A stretch of 64,000 bases of DNA, taken from positions 32,001 to 96,000 of IMG/VR virus record IMGVR_UViG_3300028591_000098, one strand, 5' to 3'. This document shows, in pieces, positions 29,152-39,132 of the stretch. Numbering within the stretch: the stretch's first letter is position 1; every line of letters begins with the position of its first letter. This DNA comes from a virus. Its lineage: Duplodnaviria; Caudoviricetes. The notes under the pieces were generated by a model that searched no databases, was not told where the DNA came from, and was given only the letters and a program-made list of their open reading frames with translations. Made by a program: the position numbers and the translations under genes.

Positions 29152-30447
29152 AGGTATCATCATGAACTTAATCTTGCAAGTTTCTTGAATCAAGTCCTTA
29201 ATCTCATTAGTGTCCTTATAAGCCATTGGTGATTCATCAATAGTTCCCTTACAAACTGTTGTAGAGTAAACATTCTTCATTGAATCTTCAAATTCCTTCA
29301 TAGATACATTCTCTTTAGCCTTTGAACGAGACATCTTACGTCCGGCACCATGGGCACAAGCATTTAACCACTCCGGATTTGAAAGACCTTCACAAATAGC
29401 TACACCATCTCTCATATTGAAAGGAACAAGCATCTCTTCTCCTACATAAGCTCTAATAGCACCCTTACGAATAATAGGTATCTCTTCGTCAAAATCAATA
29501 TAGTTATGTGTAGATATAATTTCCTTAGTAATCTTACATCCATATTTAGCAACTATATTATCAATTGTACGATGAAGAATAATATGATTGAATCGTGCAT
29601 ATGTTCTTGCAGTATACATATCACAGAAATAACCAAACATATTATCACCTGTTAAAAATCCTTCAATATGACCTTCAGTCTTTGACTCAAGATACTTCTT
29701 AAGAGTATCCTTGAAGCCTTCCATATTCTTTCTTCCATGTTCTTCAATATATGCCTTTTTGAACTCATTAGTATACTCCTTCATTTCAGCCTTTGATAGA
29801 GCGGCACCCTTAGACTTATTTTCCCAATATTTGCAAACCTTTACTCCAAAATTTCGAGAACCACAATGAACAGTTATTCCATAAAGATTATTCTCTTCAT
29901 TAACATCATATTCACAGTAGTGGTTACCTCCCCCAAATGAGTTAATTGAGTAATACCATGTCTTAGGATCCATTCCTAAACGATTAAGCATATCAGACAC
30001 CCACTTCTCTGTTACTGTATCAGGAAGTGCAGAGAAAATCTCAGGATGCTTTGATTTTGCCTTCCTAAATTCAGTTGACATAAACTTATAAAGCTCTTTA
30101 TCTTCATACATCTTCTTAGGAGACAAATTGAATCCCCAACCACATTCCTTAAGAATCTTATGATTTAATTCTGCATACTTATCTTCAGGAATTGGTCTGT
30201 CATAAAGATGCATTGAGATTTCACAACCTATGTCGACCCCCACTGTGCGAGGATCAATGTATTTTCCAAAAGTTGAGCAAAAACCTATGACTGATCCTTT
30301 TCCACAGTGGGTATCGGGCATAATTCGTATTGTCTGACCTTCATAAGCCTTACAATTAACTATTCCATATATTTGTGCAATTGCCTCTTCTTCAATATTA
30401 TCATTATAAACAATTGCTTTTGTATACTTTCCAACTAATTCTATCAT
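29116..30447 (-). CDS. rtcB: RtcB RNA-splicing/repair ligase
   Basis: IMPDTH.G.G..IG, VGVDIGC, GGGNH, VHCGSR, HNY, RKGA, HGAGR.MSR, DESPMAYK. Confidence 0.95.
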   Translation of the reverse strand: MIELVGKYTKAIVYNDNIEEEAIAQIYGIVNCKAYEGQTIRIMPDTHCGKGSVIGFCSTFGKYIDPRTVGVDIGCEISMHLYDRPIPEDKYAELNHKILKECGWGFNLSPKKMYEDKELYKFMSTEFRKAKSKHPEIFSALPDTVTEKWVSDMLNRLGMDPKTWYYSINSFGGGNHYCEYDVNEENNLYGITVHCGSRNFGVKVCKYWENKSKGAALSKAEMKEYTNEFKKAYIEEHGRKNMEGFKDTLKKYLESKTEGHIEGFLTGDNMFGYFCDMYTARTYARFNHIILHRTIDNIVAKYGCKITKEIISTHNYIDFDEEIPIIRKGAIRAYVGEEMLVPFNMRDGVAICEGLSNPEWLNACAHGAGRKMSRSKAKENVSMKEFEDSMKNVYSTTVCKGTIDESPMAYKDTNEIKDLIQETCKIKFMMIPKINIKAADGGD

Positions 30448-30478
30448 AATATTTTTTATTTAATACTTAATATATTAT

Positions 30479-30661
30479 TTATATTTTACCATCTCTTGTT
30501 TGAATATTCAAAAGCTCATTTGTCACATTTTTAATATCCATAATAGCATGATTTATTCCTGGTCGTCTAATAGAATATTGATCCATATAAGCTAATGCAA
30601 ATTCACATAAATCATAAAAATGTTTTGCATTTCTTTTATTAATTGAAATATATTTTATCAT
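30479..30661 (-). CDS. hypothetical protein
   Basis: intact ORF. Confidence 0.5.
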   Translation of the reverse strand: MIKYISINKRNAKHFYDLCEFALAYMDQYSIRRPGINHAIMDIKNVTNELLNIQTRDGKI

Positions 30662-30664
30662 AAA

Positions 30665-30973
30665 TTATTCAATAATTATTTTACATGCTTTATTGAAAAG
30701 ATTCCACATTTCTTCATTTGTATAATATTTTCCATTTTCTTCATACACCCAAGGACATGCTTCTTTACCATTTGGGTTATATGATTCATTCCATTTCTCT
30801 AAATTTTCATATTTGTCCCAGAAAAAAATTGCAAAATCTACTAAAGAATAATGCAAACAATCTTCATTACTAATTTTTCCTAAATTATAAAAGTAATCAA
30901 ATATTTGTGACCACGCACATTGAATTTTAAAACATTTATAAAAATATTCTTTATCAAAATTATTAATATTCAT
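30665..30973 (-). CDS. hypothetical protein
   Basis: intact ORF. Confidence 0.55.
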   Translation of the reverse strand: MNINNFDKEYFYKCFKIQCAWSQIFDYFYNLGKISNEDCLHYSLVDFAIFFWDKYENLEKWNESYNPNGKEACPWVYEENGKYYTNEEMWNLFNKACKIIIE

Positions 30974-30985
30974 ATTATTTTTTAT

Positions 30986-31183
30986 TTACTTATTACTTAA
31001 ATATCTATATATAACAATTACAAAACAGAATATACTTATTAAAACTAATGGCAAAAAAATTACCAGTGTTTCATTATCAAATCCATATTTACTAACATGA
31101 TATCCAAATGCAGATGAAGTCATTATAAGACCTACTGTTACCATGATAATACTTAATATTGATAAATCATTTATCTTTTTCAT
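30986..31183 (-). CDS. small two-TM membrane protein (paralog of 35293-35469)
   Basis: TM-GYHVSKYGFD-TM. Confidence 0.55.
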   Translation of the reverse strand: MKKINDLSILSIIMVTVGLIMTSSAFGYHVSKYGFDNETLVIFLPLVLISIFCFVIVIYRYLSNK

Positions 31184-31186
31184 AAT

Positions 31187-31534
31187 TTACTTTTCTAAAC
31201 TATTAAGTAATTCACAATGCTTGCGACCAATTTGTATTAAATTCATCATGCTTCTGCGTACATGAGCCATTTCCCAAGGCAAATCAGAAAGATTCCCATA
31301 GTTGTCCATTGTAATCTTTACTTCTTCACCCATCTTACCATCATTTGTATCTTTGTGACCAATGAAATAAAATCTATTGAGAATTGAAATGTTCTTAGTA
31401 TCTACAATGTACTCCAAAACACTTTCTCTAATCTTATTTACTTCATCTACAGTAACATTACCTATAAAATTATCATCAACAAAATATTGAAGTGTCGTAT
31501 TTGTAATCTTTGGTATTTCAAGTACTTTTTCCAT
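31187..31534 (-). CDS. hypothetical protein
   Basis: intact ORF. Confidence 0.55.
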   Translation of the reverse strand: MEKVLEIPKITNTTLQYFVDDNFIGNVTVDEVNKIRESVLEYIVDTKNISILNRFYFIGHKDTNDGKMGEEVKITMDNYGNLSDLPWEMAHVRRSMMNLIQIGRKHCELLNSLEK

Positions 31535-31553
31535 ATTTAATTAAATTTATATA

Positions 31554-31745
31554 TTAAAGATATTTCTTTGCGAGTTCTGAATAATTATTCAAAATATAGA
31601 TATAATTACGATAACCAATCCCATATTCTGCAATGACTTTATTCATATCCATTACCATATTGTACTTACCCGACTGACGAACTTCTTCATATTTCATGAA
31701 CTCCTGTTTGAGCATCTCTGAATAATAGTTCTTTGGTACTTTCAT
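31554..31745 (-). CDS. conserved small phage hypothetical protein
   Basis: YEEVRQSGKYNM...I..NYSEL motif. Confidence 0.55.
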   Translation of the reverse strand: MKVPKNYYSEMLKQEFMKYEEVRQSGKYNMVMDMNKVIAEYGIGYRNYIYILNNYSELAKKYL

Positions 31746-31769
31746 TATAAATTTATTTTAATTACAATA

Positions 31770-32273
31770 TTATTCAAACAATTCAAATTTTTCTTTATAA
31801 TAAAATATATCTTCTGGGTCTTCATTTCTAGATGAATACCAATGACTAATTTCATTATATTCTTCAAATGATATATCTCTAAAACCTTCAACAAGTATTT
31901 GAAATAAATAAAATTTATCTTTATCATTCATTTCATAATAAAGACTATCATCAAACCTACGTCCGGCATATTTAGATTCTAATTCTTTATATGCATTCTT
32001 AGCTGATTTATTTAAACTATCATAATTAAATCTTTTAAGGAATCCTGTTTTCTTTGGACTTGATACTTCATTTATTAAGAGATTTTTAACTCTTTTATGA
32101 AAATTATTTCGACAAGAAAACCAATGTTCTTTCGATATTTTTACATGATCATCTTTATGCTTATCTATCTCGATAAGCTCATCGGCCTTTTCATCAGATA
32201 TACAAACTCCTAAATTTTTACTATAAGAAAGTTCCCACTGATCATATCTACGTTTTACTACTATTACTTCCAT
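31770..32273 (-). CDS. hypothetical protein
   Basis: intact ORF. Confidence 0.55.
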   Translation of the reverse strand: MEVIVVKRRYDQWELSYSKNLGVCISDEKADELIEIDKHKDDHVKISKEHWFSCRNNFHKRVKNLLINEVSSPKKTGFLKRFNYDSLNKSAKNAYKELESKYAGRRFDDSLYYEMNDKDKFYLFQILVEGFRDISFEEYNEISHWYSSRNEDPEDIFYYKEKFELFE

Positions 32274-32274
32274 A

Positions 32275-32412
32275 TTATTTCTTTTCTTTTGCGAATTCTA
32301 TTAATGTTTCTATTGCTTCTGTGTCCTTACTGGATAATACATGCCAATCAGGATATTCATAAAAAGCATCTAAAAATCCTTCTAATATATGTATTGCTTC
32401 TTCTTTTGTCAT
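32275..32412 (-). CDS. small hypothetical protein (45 aa, not in the ORF track)
   Basis: MTKEEAIHILEG...ETLIEFAKEKK*; ATGA overlap upstream, 1-nt gap downstream. Confidence 0.55.
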   Translation of the reverse strand: MTKEEAIHILEGFLDAFYEYPDWHVLSSKDTEAIETLIEFAKEKK

Positions 32413-32696
32413 ACTTTACTTTTTATATAAGGTAAATTCATACTACTAATATTTAATTTGGTATTTTCCAAAAGTTCTTCTTTTGAATATGGAAAACTCC
32501 CAACATTATTAAGATATGTATCTATAATATCTTCATGACATCTCCTTGCTCCACCAGGTTCACCAGATGCATAATATCGATTATAAAAATCTTTAGCATC
32601 AAATACACAAAACCAACCAACACCAAGAAGTCCTTCAGATATTAATGTAACATATACTTCTTTTGTATTATTAATATATTCGGTTTTAAGTACCAT
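32409..32696 (-). CDS. hypothetical protein
   Basis: intact ORF. Confidence 0.55.
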   Translation of the reverse strand: MVLKTEYINNTKEVYVTLISEGLLGVGWFCVFDAKDFYNRYYASGEPGGARRCHEDIIDTYLNNVGSFPYSKEELLENTKLNISSMNLPYIKSKV

Positions 32697-32698
32697 AA

Positions 32699-33082
32699 CT
32701 AATCTATTTTACCATAATAATTTTCATAATTATTTTTTGCCGTTTCAATACTATTTTTATTTCTTCTAAGTGCAGTAACTAATGACCACGAAATCATTGG
32801 ATAAGAAGTAGGACCTTTGAAAATCTTATCTAACTTAACCCATAAATTTTCATCAGTTAAATTAATTCTTGTACTATTCTTATAAAAGTTATGTTCATCA
32901 AAATTCTCTATACATACATAATAGTCATTATCCTTATCAAATAATGCCTGAATTATACAGTCTTCCAATTCATCTATATGATTAACATAATCCACATATT
33001 CAATAGTTGAACATCCCTTTCTAACAGCCTTATATATTTTTAACTTTTGGGGAAAATCACTTAAACGTCTTTTTACTTTCAT
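32699..33082 (-). CDS. hypothetical protein
   Basis: ATG at 33082 (MKVKRR). Confidence 0.55.
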   Translation of the reverse strand: MKVKRRLSDFPQKLKIYKAVRKGCSTIEYVDYVNHIDELEDCIIQALFDKDNDYYVCIENFDEHNFYKNSTRINLTDENLWVKLDKIFKGPTSYPMISWSLVTALRRNKNSIETAKNNYENYYGKID

Positions 33083-33130
33083 ATTATTTTTTTTTTCTTT
33101 TGCAAATTCAATTAATATTTCCAATTTATG

Positions 33131-33538
33131 TTATTTCATTATTTTTTCTAATATTTCAAAATCATCATTCAAAAGAATTTTAGTACCTTCATCCATTCCA
33201 TAAATTCTAATATGACCGATGTCAATATGATTTATAAAATTGGTTGAATAATCATATATTATTACAATTTCATCTATCTTTCTTATAGTATAAAATATTG
33301 TTCCAATTTCTACATCTGCATTGGTAATATTATCAACAATAAAATCGTTTTCAATAATATCATTACATAAATCAAAAACATGGTGAAATGCTGAACTATT
33401 ATTATTTTCCCAAGAAATTGTTACATTTGTTTTATCTATAGAAATATTTCCACCAACATTAGAAATATAAAATTTCCAATTATTTTTAATATCATCCAAT
33501 TTCCAATCTGGTAAATTTTTAAGAACTATATATTTCAT
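33131..33538 (-). CDS. hypothetical protein
   Basis: first gene after the promoter at 33563. Confidence 0.55.
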   Translation of the reverse strand: MKYIVLKNLPDWKLDDIKNNWKFYISNVGGNISIDKTNVTISWENNNSSAFHHVFDLCNDIIENDFIVDNITNADVEIGTIFYTIRKIDEIVIIYDYSTNFINHIDIGHIRIYGMDEGTKILLNDDFEILEKIMK

Positions 33539-33562
33539 ATTTATTATTTATTTTACATATTA

Positions 33563-33590
33563 AATATAGAAATAAATTCAAAAAATTCAA
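33563..33590 (-). promoter_or_regulatory. conserved phage promoter motif
   Basis: minus strand (T)TTGAAT-tttttgaatttatttc-TATATT. Confidence 0.7.
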
Positions 33591-33625
33591 ATATAATATG
33601 TATTTCTTACATATAATGTAATATA

Positions 33626-33653
33626 AAAGAGCACCAAATTAATGATGCTCTTT
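33626..33653 (-). terminator. intrinsic terminator
   Basis: aaagagcacca-aattaa-tgatgctcttt hairpin just downstream of 33660-34484. Confidence 0.6.
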
Positions 33654-33659
33654 AATATT

Positions 33660-34484
33660 TCATACTTCTTTTAATATTGACATTAATTTATATTCTATGA
33701 AATCACCGAAATCATAATGATCAATAACTTTCTTTACTCGGCAAAGATATTTCTTTGTTTTATCGAAATTGATACAATGATCATAAATATTTAATTTCAA
33801 ATAATCATCACCTTTAAATTTAATGTTTCCTGGGTTACATAACAATTCTCCAGATACTTCAACTTCTTCACAATCAAGAAGACTATCAGTACCAATAATA
33901 ACAGCTACATCTTGCCAATTCTTACCGTGAATCCAAGCTTCTGTTTTTTCAAATTCATCATCAGCAATTTCTTGCTCTTTATAATCAGGAAAATATTCAT
34001 TTATTTTATTGATAATATCACAATGCATATCAGCAAATGTGAAACTTGGCTCATTATTAGGTCTATATTGCCCATCAGAATAATATGCTTCATGATAATA
34101 TAATGGCAAAACATTTTCATTTGGCCTTACTAAAAGCTCATTAAAATATTCACTTTCAACATTTGCAATAATATTTCTATAATGAAGAATGATAGCATCA
34201 TTCATATTTAATCCTTCATGATAATACCATTCATCACGTCTTATAATATTATTTACTTCCTGCCAGAAGTATGTTAAATTTAGTTGATTCTTATATGGAA
34301 AATTCTCATCTTCTCGAAGTGAATCCATGCGATGCATACACCAATCTACAACATCATTTTTAGACCACAATGACCACCCATCGGCATTAATACAATGTAT
34401 CATATCCATCCACATATTCTTAACACTACCATCACGATGTTTATACCATCCCTTACAATAAAGAGCTACATTTCCAAATCTCAT
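33660..34484 (-). CDS. hypothetical protein
   Basis: 274-aa intact ORF. Confidence 0.6.
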   Translation of the reverse strand: MRFGNVALYCKGWYKHRDGSVKNMWMDMIHCINADGWSLWSKNDVVDWCMHRMDSLREDENFPYKNQLNLTYFWQEVNNIIRRDEWYYHEGLNMNDAIILHYRNIIANVESEYFNELLVRPNENVLPLYYHEAYYSDGQYRPNNEPSFTFADMHCDIINKINEYFPDYKEQEIADDEFEKTEAWIHGKNWQDVAVIIGTDSLLDCEEVEVSGELLCNPGNIKFKGDDYLKLNIYDHCINFDKTKKYLCRVKKVIDHYDFGDFIEYKLMSILKEV

Positions 34485-34518
34485 ATTAAAAATTATTTTA
34501 TATTAAAAAATATGTTTA

Positions 34519-34761
34519 TTATTTTTTACACTTACTACATATTGGACTATGATCCAAATCAGAACCTATACCATAATAAGTTTGCCATCTATGAAATAAA
34601 AAATCATGTCCTTCAATTACAATCTTTTCATACTTTACATCTCTTATTGTAATATATTCAACTCCTTCATATTTAACATTAGAAACTTTTGATGGCACAC
34701 TACTATTATCACAAGAAGTAAAAATCAATGTTCCAATAACAAACAAAAGTAATTTTTTCAT
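34519..34761 (-). CDS. putative lipoprotein
   Basis: MKKLLLFVIGTLIFTSC signal peptide II; C-terminal HSPICSKC. Confidence 0.6.
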   Translation of the reverse strand: MKKLLLFVIGTLIFTSCDNSSVPSKVSNVKYEGVEYITIRDVKYEKIVIEGHDFLFHRWQTYYGIGSDLDHSPICSKCKK

Positions 34762-34762
34762 A

Positions 34763-35095
34763 TTAAATTTCATTTTTAAATTGTTCATACATATCTTCAT
34801 CCATTAAAAGAATAACATCGGCTACAAGCTTTTCATTCTTAAAGAAGTTATTAATATTTTCAACAGTTTCTGGTGTAGCTGAACCTTCATAAAGATAATC
34901 ACTAGAATCAATTCGTTGTATAATTCCGGCGAGATTTGTTTCTCCATTATGAAAATATTCAAAAATCATATCTCGAAGATATTCTTTACGCTCTTCAAAA
35001 GTTGAAGAAGCAACCTCCCAAAAATCAAAACAATCTTCGTTTATCAATTCTCCAAGAATTTGAAATGCTTTATTAAGTGATTCTGTACTTGTCAT
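34763..35095 (-). CDS. acidic hypothetical protein
   Basis: downstream of the promoter at 35215. Confidence 0.55.
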   Translation of the reverse strand: MTSTESLNKAFQILGELINEDCFDFWEVASSTFEERKEYLRDMIFEYFHNGETNLAGIIQRIDSSDYLYEGSATPETVENINNFFKNEKLVADVILLMDEDMYEQFKNEI

Positions 35096-35214
35096 ATTAT
35101 TTATTTTATATATATAATGAAATTTCTTTGTTTAAACAAATCATTTCATAATGATTATGTTTTACAAATATATACATCTTTATGATGTAAATTTATATAT
35201 TAAAATACATATAT

Positions 35215-35242
35215 AATATAGAAATTCTTGTAAAAAATTCAA
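35215..35242 (-). promoter_or_regulatory. conserved phage promoter motif
   Basis: minus strand (T)TTGAAT-tttttacaagaatttc-TATATT. Confidence 0.7.
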
Positions 35243-35292
35243 ACTATATTTAAAAAATTATAGGAATAATATAAAACAAATAAAATATGAAA

Positions 35293-35469
35293 TTATTTAT
35301 TTAATGCCACATAAATAAAACAAAATATGGTCCAAACTAATGAAGGTAAAAAAAACGTAAAAAATTTCAAATCATAACCATTTTTACCTAAATGATAACC
35401 ACAAATTATTGATACACCTAACATTGAAATAAATGTAAGTATAAAACAAACTAAATAAAACTTATTCAT
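35293..35469 (-). CDS. small two-TM membrane protein (58 aa, not in the ORF track)
   Basis: MNKFYLVCFILTFISMLGVSIICGYHLGKNGYDLKFFTFFLPSLVWTIFCFIYVALNK*. Confidence 0.55.
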   Translation of the reverse strand: MNKFYLVCFILTFISMLGVSIICGYHLGKNGYDLKFFTFFLPSLVWTIFCFIYVALNK

Positions 35470-35470
35470 A

Positions 35471-35812
35471 TTATCTATTTTTTGATTTTAAATATTTTCC
35501 AAACTTACGATTCCAAAAATTTTCAGATGTACCGGCAGATTTACGACCAAAATATGGATCATTAACATAAAAATCTTTATCTTCTTTCTTAATCAAATAT
35601 GTACCATCAGTTGGTTCACACAAAGAATTATGAATTGGTACTTCAGCAACTGGAATAAGATCTGCAACAGTATCAATATCATTATTTGCTATAAGGTTAC
35701 GAAGTGAATGACGATTCTTTGCACGGCATTTACGATTCATATTGCGATAATACTCAGTATTAGAACCAGTACAAATTCCGCACTTTACAGCTTTACGATA
35801 AGTTCTTGACAT
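35471..35812 (-). CDS. basic hypothetical protein
   Basis: MSRTYRK start; intact ORF. Confidence 0.55.
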   Translation of the reverse strand: MSRTYRKAVKCGICTGSNTEYYRNMNRKCRAKNRHSLRNLIANNDIDTVADLIPVAEVPIHNSLCEPTDGTYLIKKEDKDFYVNDPYFGRKSAGTSENFWNRKFGKYLKSKNR

Positions 35813-35960
35813 ATTATTTATGCTTTAATTTTATTAGTGTATATTCGAAATCCATCTTGTAATATCAAAACAAATTGATGAAATGGAGAAGTAATTATTC
35901 GTTTAACACAACTATCATCAATAGTCATATAATTACCATATTGTGAAATATATTGCATAA

Positions 35961-36239
35961 TTATTTATTCATTAATTTAAGAAGTTTCTTTTTAACAATT
36001 GGCTGATCTATCTTTTCACGAAAGACAAGTGAAACAACCTTATCAATATCTTCACCATTTTCAACAGCATCAATCATTGCATCGATATAATCATCAAATC
36101 TATCAAAGTCATATTTCATTGAGCCATCTTCAAAAAATATGAAATTCTTACATCTTTCTTTAATACGTTTACCATATTTGGCATCCATATATTCTTCCCA
36201 AGTATTATAAAAACTTCTTGCTGTATACATATTATTCAT
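35961..36239 (-). CDS. hypothetical protein
   Basis: first gene after the promoter at 36256. Confidence 0.55.
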   Translation of the reverse strand: MNNMYTARSFYNTWEEYMDAKYGKRIKERCKNFIFFEDGSMKYDFDRFDDYIDAMIDAVENGEDIDKVVSLVFREKIDQPIVKKKLLKLMNK

Positions 36240-36255
36240 ATTTATTTACATATAC

Positions 36256-36283
36256 AATATAGAAACAAATATGAAAAATTCAA
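36256..36283 (-). promoter_or_regulatory. conserved phage promoter motif
   Basis: minus strand (T)TTGAAT-ttttcatatttgtttc-TATATT. Confidence 0.7.
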
Positions 36284-36365
36284 ATATAATTTAATTTTCT
36301 AAAGAAAATAAATGAATTTAGAATATAATTTAATTTTGTCAAATTAAATAATAAATAATATAAAA

Positions 36366-37646
36366 TTATTTTGCCCAATCAGGAATATATACATCTTCAC
36401 ACATTTCTAATAGGTGAAGTTTTTCATATACATGTGCAGTTTCATATGGATCTCCTTTAATCCATTTAGAATCATCTAATCCCAATTCTTCTAATCTATT
36501 ATGTATATCTTCATCATAAAATATTGAAGCTAATCTAACTCTTCTTTGAATATCGGAAATATTTCCTTGTCCATCTGAATCTGGAATTTCATTTTTATAT
36601 TGTGAATTATTACCATCAAATCGTTGAGCATAACAACAAATATGTATATGTGTAAATCGTGTTTTAAAAAATGTCCTAATTAATAATTCATAATCATCTG
36701 CTATACGCATATGTTGATTATGTCCTCCAATACTAAAATAAAGATTACGTTCCCAACATCTAAAATGATTAGGTACTCCAACGATATGTCTTATGGTTGC
36801 GTTGTTTATTGGACCTGATGAATCAGTTCTAATTGTTGTATTATCTGGTGTTTTTGATTGATAAGAATATCCATATCCTAATCCCCATGTATAATCTGGA
36901 CCAAATGCACATTCAGTAACATTATCATATTGATCTATTGTTGTATTATCTGAATATATAAATTTATTTTCTGGATATGCTTCAATTGCTTCATTAATTA
37001 CTTCTAAACACCAATAATTTAACATATCGTCATGATCTAATTCTATTAACCATCTTCCTTTAGACATACAACTAGCTCTCCATTTGGTTAGTCCTATATT
37101 TCCATTGGTTGGTTCAATTCTAAAATATTTTAATCTTACATCATATTGTTTATATATATAATTTCTAACATTAGTTAATTCTTCTGGGGAATCATCTAAT
37201 AATATCCATTCCCAATCATTAACTCTTTGATTACATAATGAATCATAACATTTTTTAAAATATTCTAAATTAGTATTATATAAAGATGTTATAAAAGAAA
37301 ATTTAGGAGTATTTGAATAAGATAATATTGATTTATTTATTTTTAAAGCCAAATCAATTCCATAATTATTATTTGCATCATAATAGTAAACTATTCTTTT
37401 ATAATAATCTGGAAGTAAATCAATATTATGTAATTCAGGTTTTTTGTTTTCAAATTGGACTACTATTGCATCCACTTCATTGTTATTTAATATAATATTT
37501 ATCAAATTATCATCATTTGGTATATTTATTATATCAAAATTTCTTTTTTCAAAACTATAATAAGTATCAAATGTTAATGTTATATTTTCATTATCTGTTA
37601 TTCTTATAACTTTATATGATGAATTTTTCGTAAAATTTATCTTCAT
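36366..37646 (-). CDS. glycosyltransferase family 2
   Basis: FSFITSLYNT, WEWILLDDS, ELDHDD, ADDYEL. Confidence 0.85.
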   Translation of the reverse strand: MKINFTKNSSYKVIRITDNENITLTFDTYYSFEKRNFDIINIPNDDNLINIILNNNEVDAIVVQFENKKPELHNIDLLPDYYKRIVYYYDANNNYGIDLALKINKSILSYSNTPKFSFITSLYNTNLEYFKKCYDSLCNQRVNDWEWILLDDSPEELTNVRNYIYKQYDVRLKYFRIEPTNGNIGLTKWRASCMSKGRWLIELDHDDMLNYWCLEVINEAIEAYPENKFIYSDNTTIDQYDNVTECAFGPDYTWGLGYGYSYQSKTPDNTTIRTDSSGPINNATIRHIVGVPNHFRCWERNLYFSIGGHNQHMRIADDYELLIRTFFKTRFTHIHICCYAQRFDGNNSQYKNEIPDSDGQGNISDIQRRVRLASIFYDEDIHNRLEELGLDDSKWIKGDPYETAHVYEKLHLLEMCEDVYIPDWAK

Positions 37647-37648
37647 TA

Positions 37649-38983
37649 TTACTTATTTACTGCGTTTATTTCTGAAATTGAATTTATAATTAATTGTGGT
37701 GTTCCAATAAATTTATTTAATGTTAAACAATTAGTATATGACATAGCTGAACGTAAATAACTAATCATATTATCTACCCAACATTTAAGTGTATATTTTA
37801 CTGGTAAATATTTTGTAATTCCTTCAGCTGTCTTTGTTTTTGTACCATTTATAGATTTTTGACCATCGGCAGAAGCCATACCAAAGAATTTTACTTTTAT
37901 ATTTCCAAGATATTGTTGTTGTTTTAAATTTGCATACTTAACTATATAGTTTAATTTATTTAATTTATATTGATAGTTATTATTAAAATCTGTATCGAAA
38001 TATTCAGAATTTACTGTCATAAATTTTTCGTATTCATTTTTCTCATCTTTACATAACATATCTATATAATCATTTTTATATTGCGCATACCATTTATTAT
38101 CAATTATTTCAAAATTTTCATAATTATTCAAATCAATATCTTGAACTTCATTATTATCATTCTTTAATATTTTTTCACCTGCAGATTCTATACATTGTGA
38201 AAATAAACTACCAATCATAACATAATCTGCACCAAGAGCAAATGCTTTAATTACATGATCATAATTACGTATGCCACCATCAGCAACAATTTTTGGAAAT
38301 AATGATTCAACAAATTCTGGTTCACCTAAATTGTCTCGTAATGTTATTGCATTTTTCTTTTCTTTATAACATTCATCAATAAGAGATGCTTGTGGGTAAT
38401 GAATTGACACATTAGATGTAGTAATGCATCCAGAACCACCACCTATACCAACTCTTATATAGTCAATAACTCTACTCTTTGCCAAATAATTTAAATCACA
38501 AATCCATCTATATGTCTTAGGATTAGCAATATTTCCAGTCATTATAATTAATTTATATTTATTGGCAATTGCATTTTTCTTTGCATTATGACATATATCA
38601 TATAATGATTTCATATGTCCATTTGCAATATCGATACAAATATTATATGTGATATGTTTTTTTCTTTCATTTGCATTATCTATAAATAAATCAATAAATT
38701 CTTTCAATGATAACGCTACCCAAGCGTCATCTATTAACATTTCTTCTTTACGTATTTCTAAATCTATATTTCTTGGTAATATTGGTATAATTCCATTATG
38801 TAAAAAATCTACTATATTTTTATCATTAACTACACTTGCCATAGGTGCAGTAAATATTGGTAAAAATGAATCTGTATCTTCTAAAAATGGATCACATTCT
38901 AAACGTGAATTTATTGTAGTTATAGATTCCGGTATAATTGTTACGTCATTATATGAATAACCTGTTTTATTAATTAATCCCAT
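37649..38983 (-). CDS. GMP reductase / IMP dehydrogenase family enzyme with internal insertion
   Basis: APMASV, DIANGH, GNIA, RVGIGGGSGCIT, ADGGI, GADYVMIGS, GMAS, EG, LRSAMSY. Confidence 0.85.
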   Translation of the reverse strand: MGLINKTGYSYNDVTIIPESITTINSRLECDPFLEDTDSFLPIFTAPMASVVNDKNIVDFLHNGIIPILPRNIDLEIRKEEMLIDDAWVALSLKEFIDLFIDNANERKKHITYNICIDIANGHMKSLYDICHNAKKNAIANKYKLIIMTGNIANPKTYRWICDLNYLAKSRVIDYIRVGIGGGSGCITTSNVSIHYPQASLIDECYKEKKNAITLRDNLGEPEFVESLFPKIVADGGIRNYDHVIKAFALGADYVMIGSLFSQCIESAGEKILKNDNNEVQDIDLNNYENFEIIDNKWYAQYKNDYIDMLCKDEKNEYEKFMTVNSEYFDTDFNNNYQYKLNKLNYIVKYANLKQQQYLGNIKVKFFGMASADGQKSINGTKTKTAEGITKYLPVKYTLKCWVDNMISYLRSAMSYTNCLTLNKFIGTPQLIINSISEINAVNK

Positions 38984-39064
38984 AAATATATTGATATATT
39001 TTTAAACTATTTTAACAATATTAAATAGAAATAATACAATGGTTAATTCAATTTAACATAGAGA

Positions 39065-39132
39065 CACACGGTGTCACTTATAAACGTCATATATAGATTT
39101 ATATATTTTTGATTTATAAGTGACACCGTGTG
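39065..39132. repeat. perfect 20-bp inverted repeat with 28-nt spacer
   Basis: cacacggtgtcacttataaa (39065-39084) / tttataagtgacaccgtgtg (39113-39132). Confidence 0.9.

Noticed and set aside
35096-35292. tRNA or ncRNA in the larger intergenic gaps
   Set aside because: The gaps are extremely AT-rich with no cloverleaf or T-loop signature; they are explained by promoters and small ORFs.
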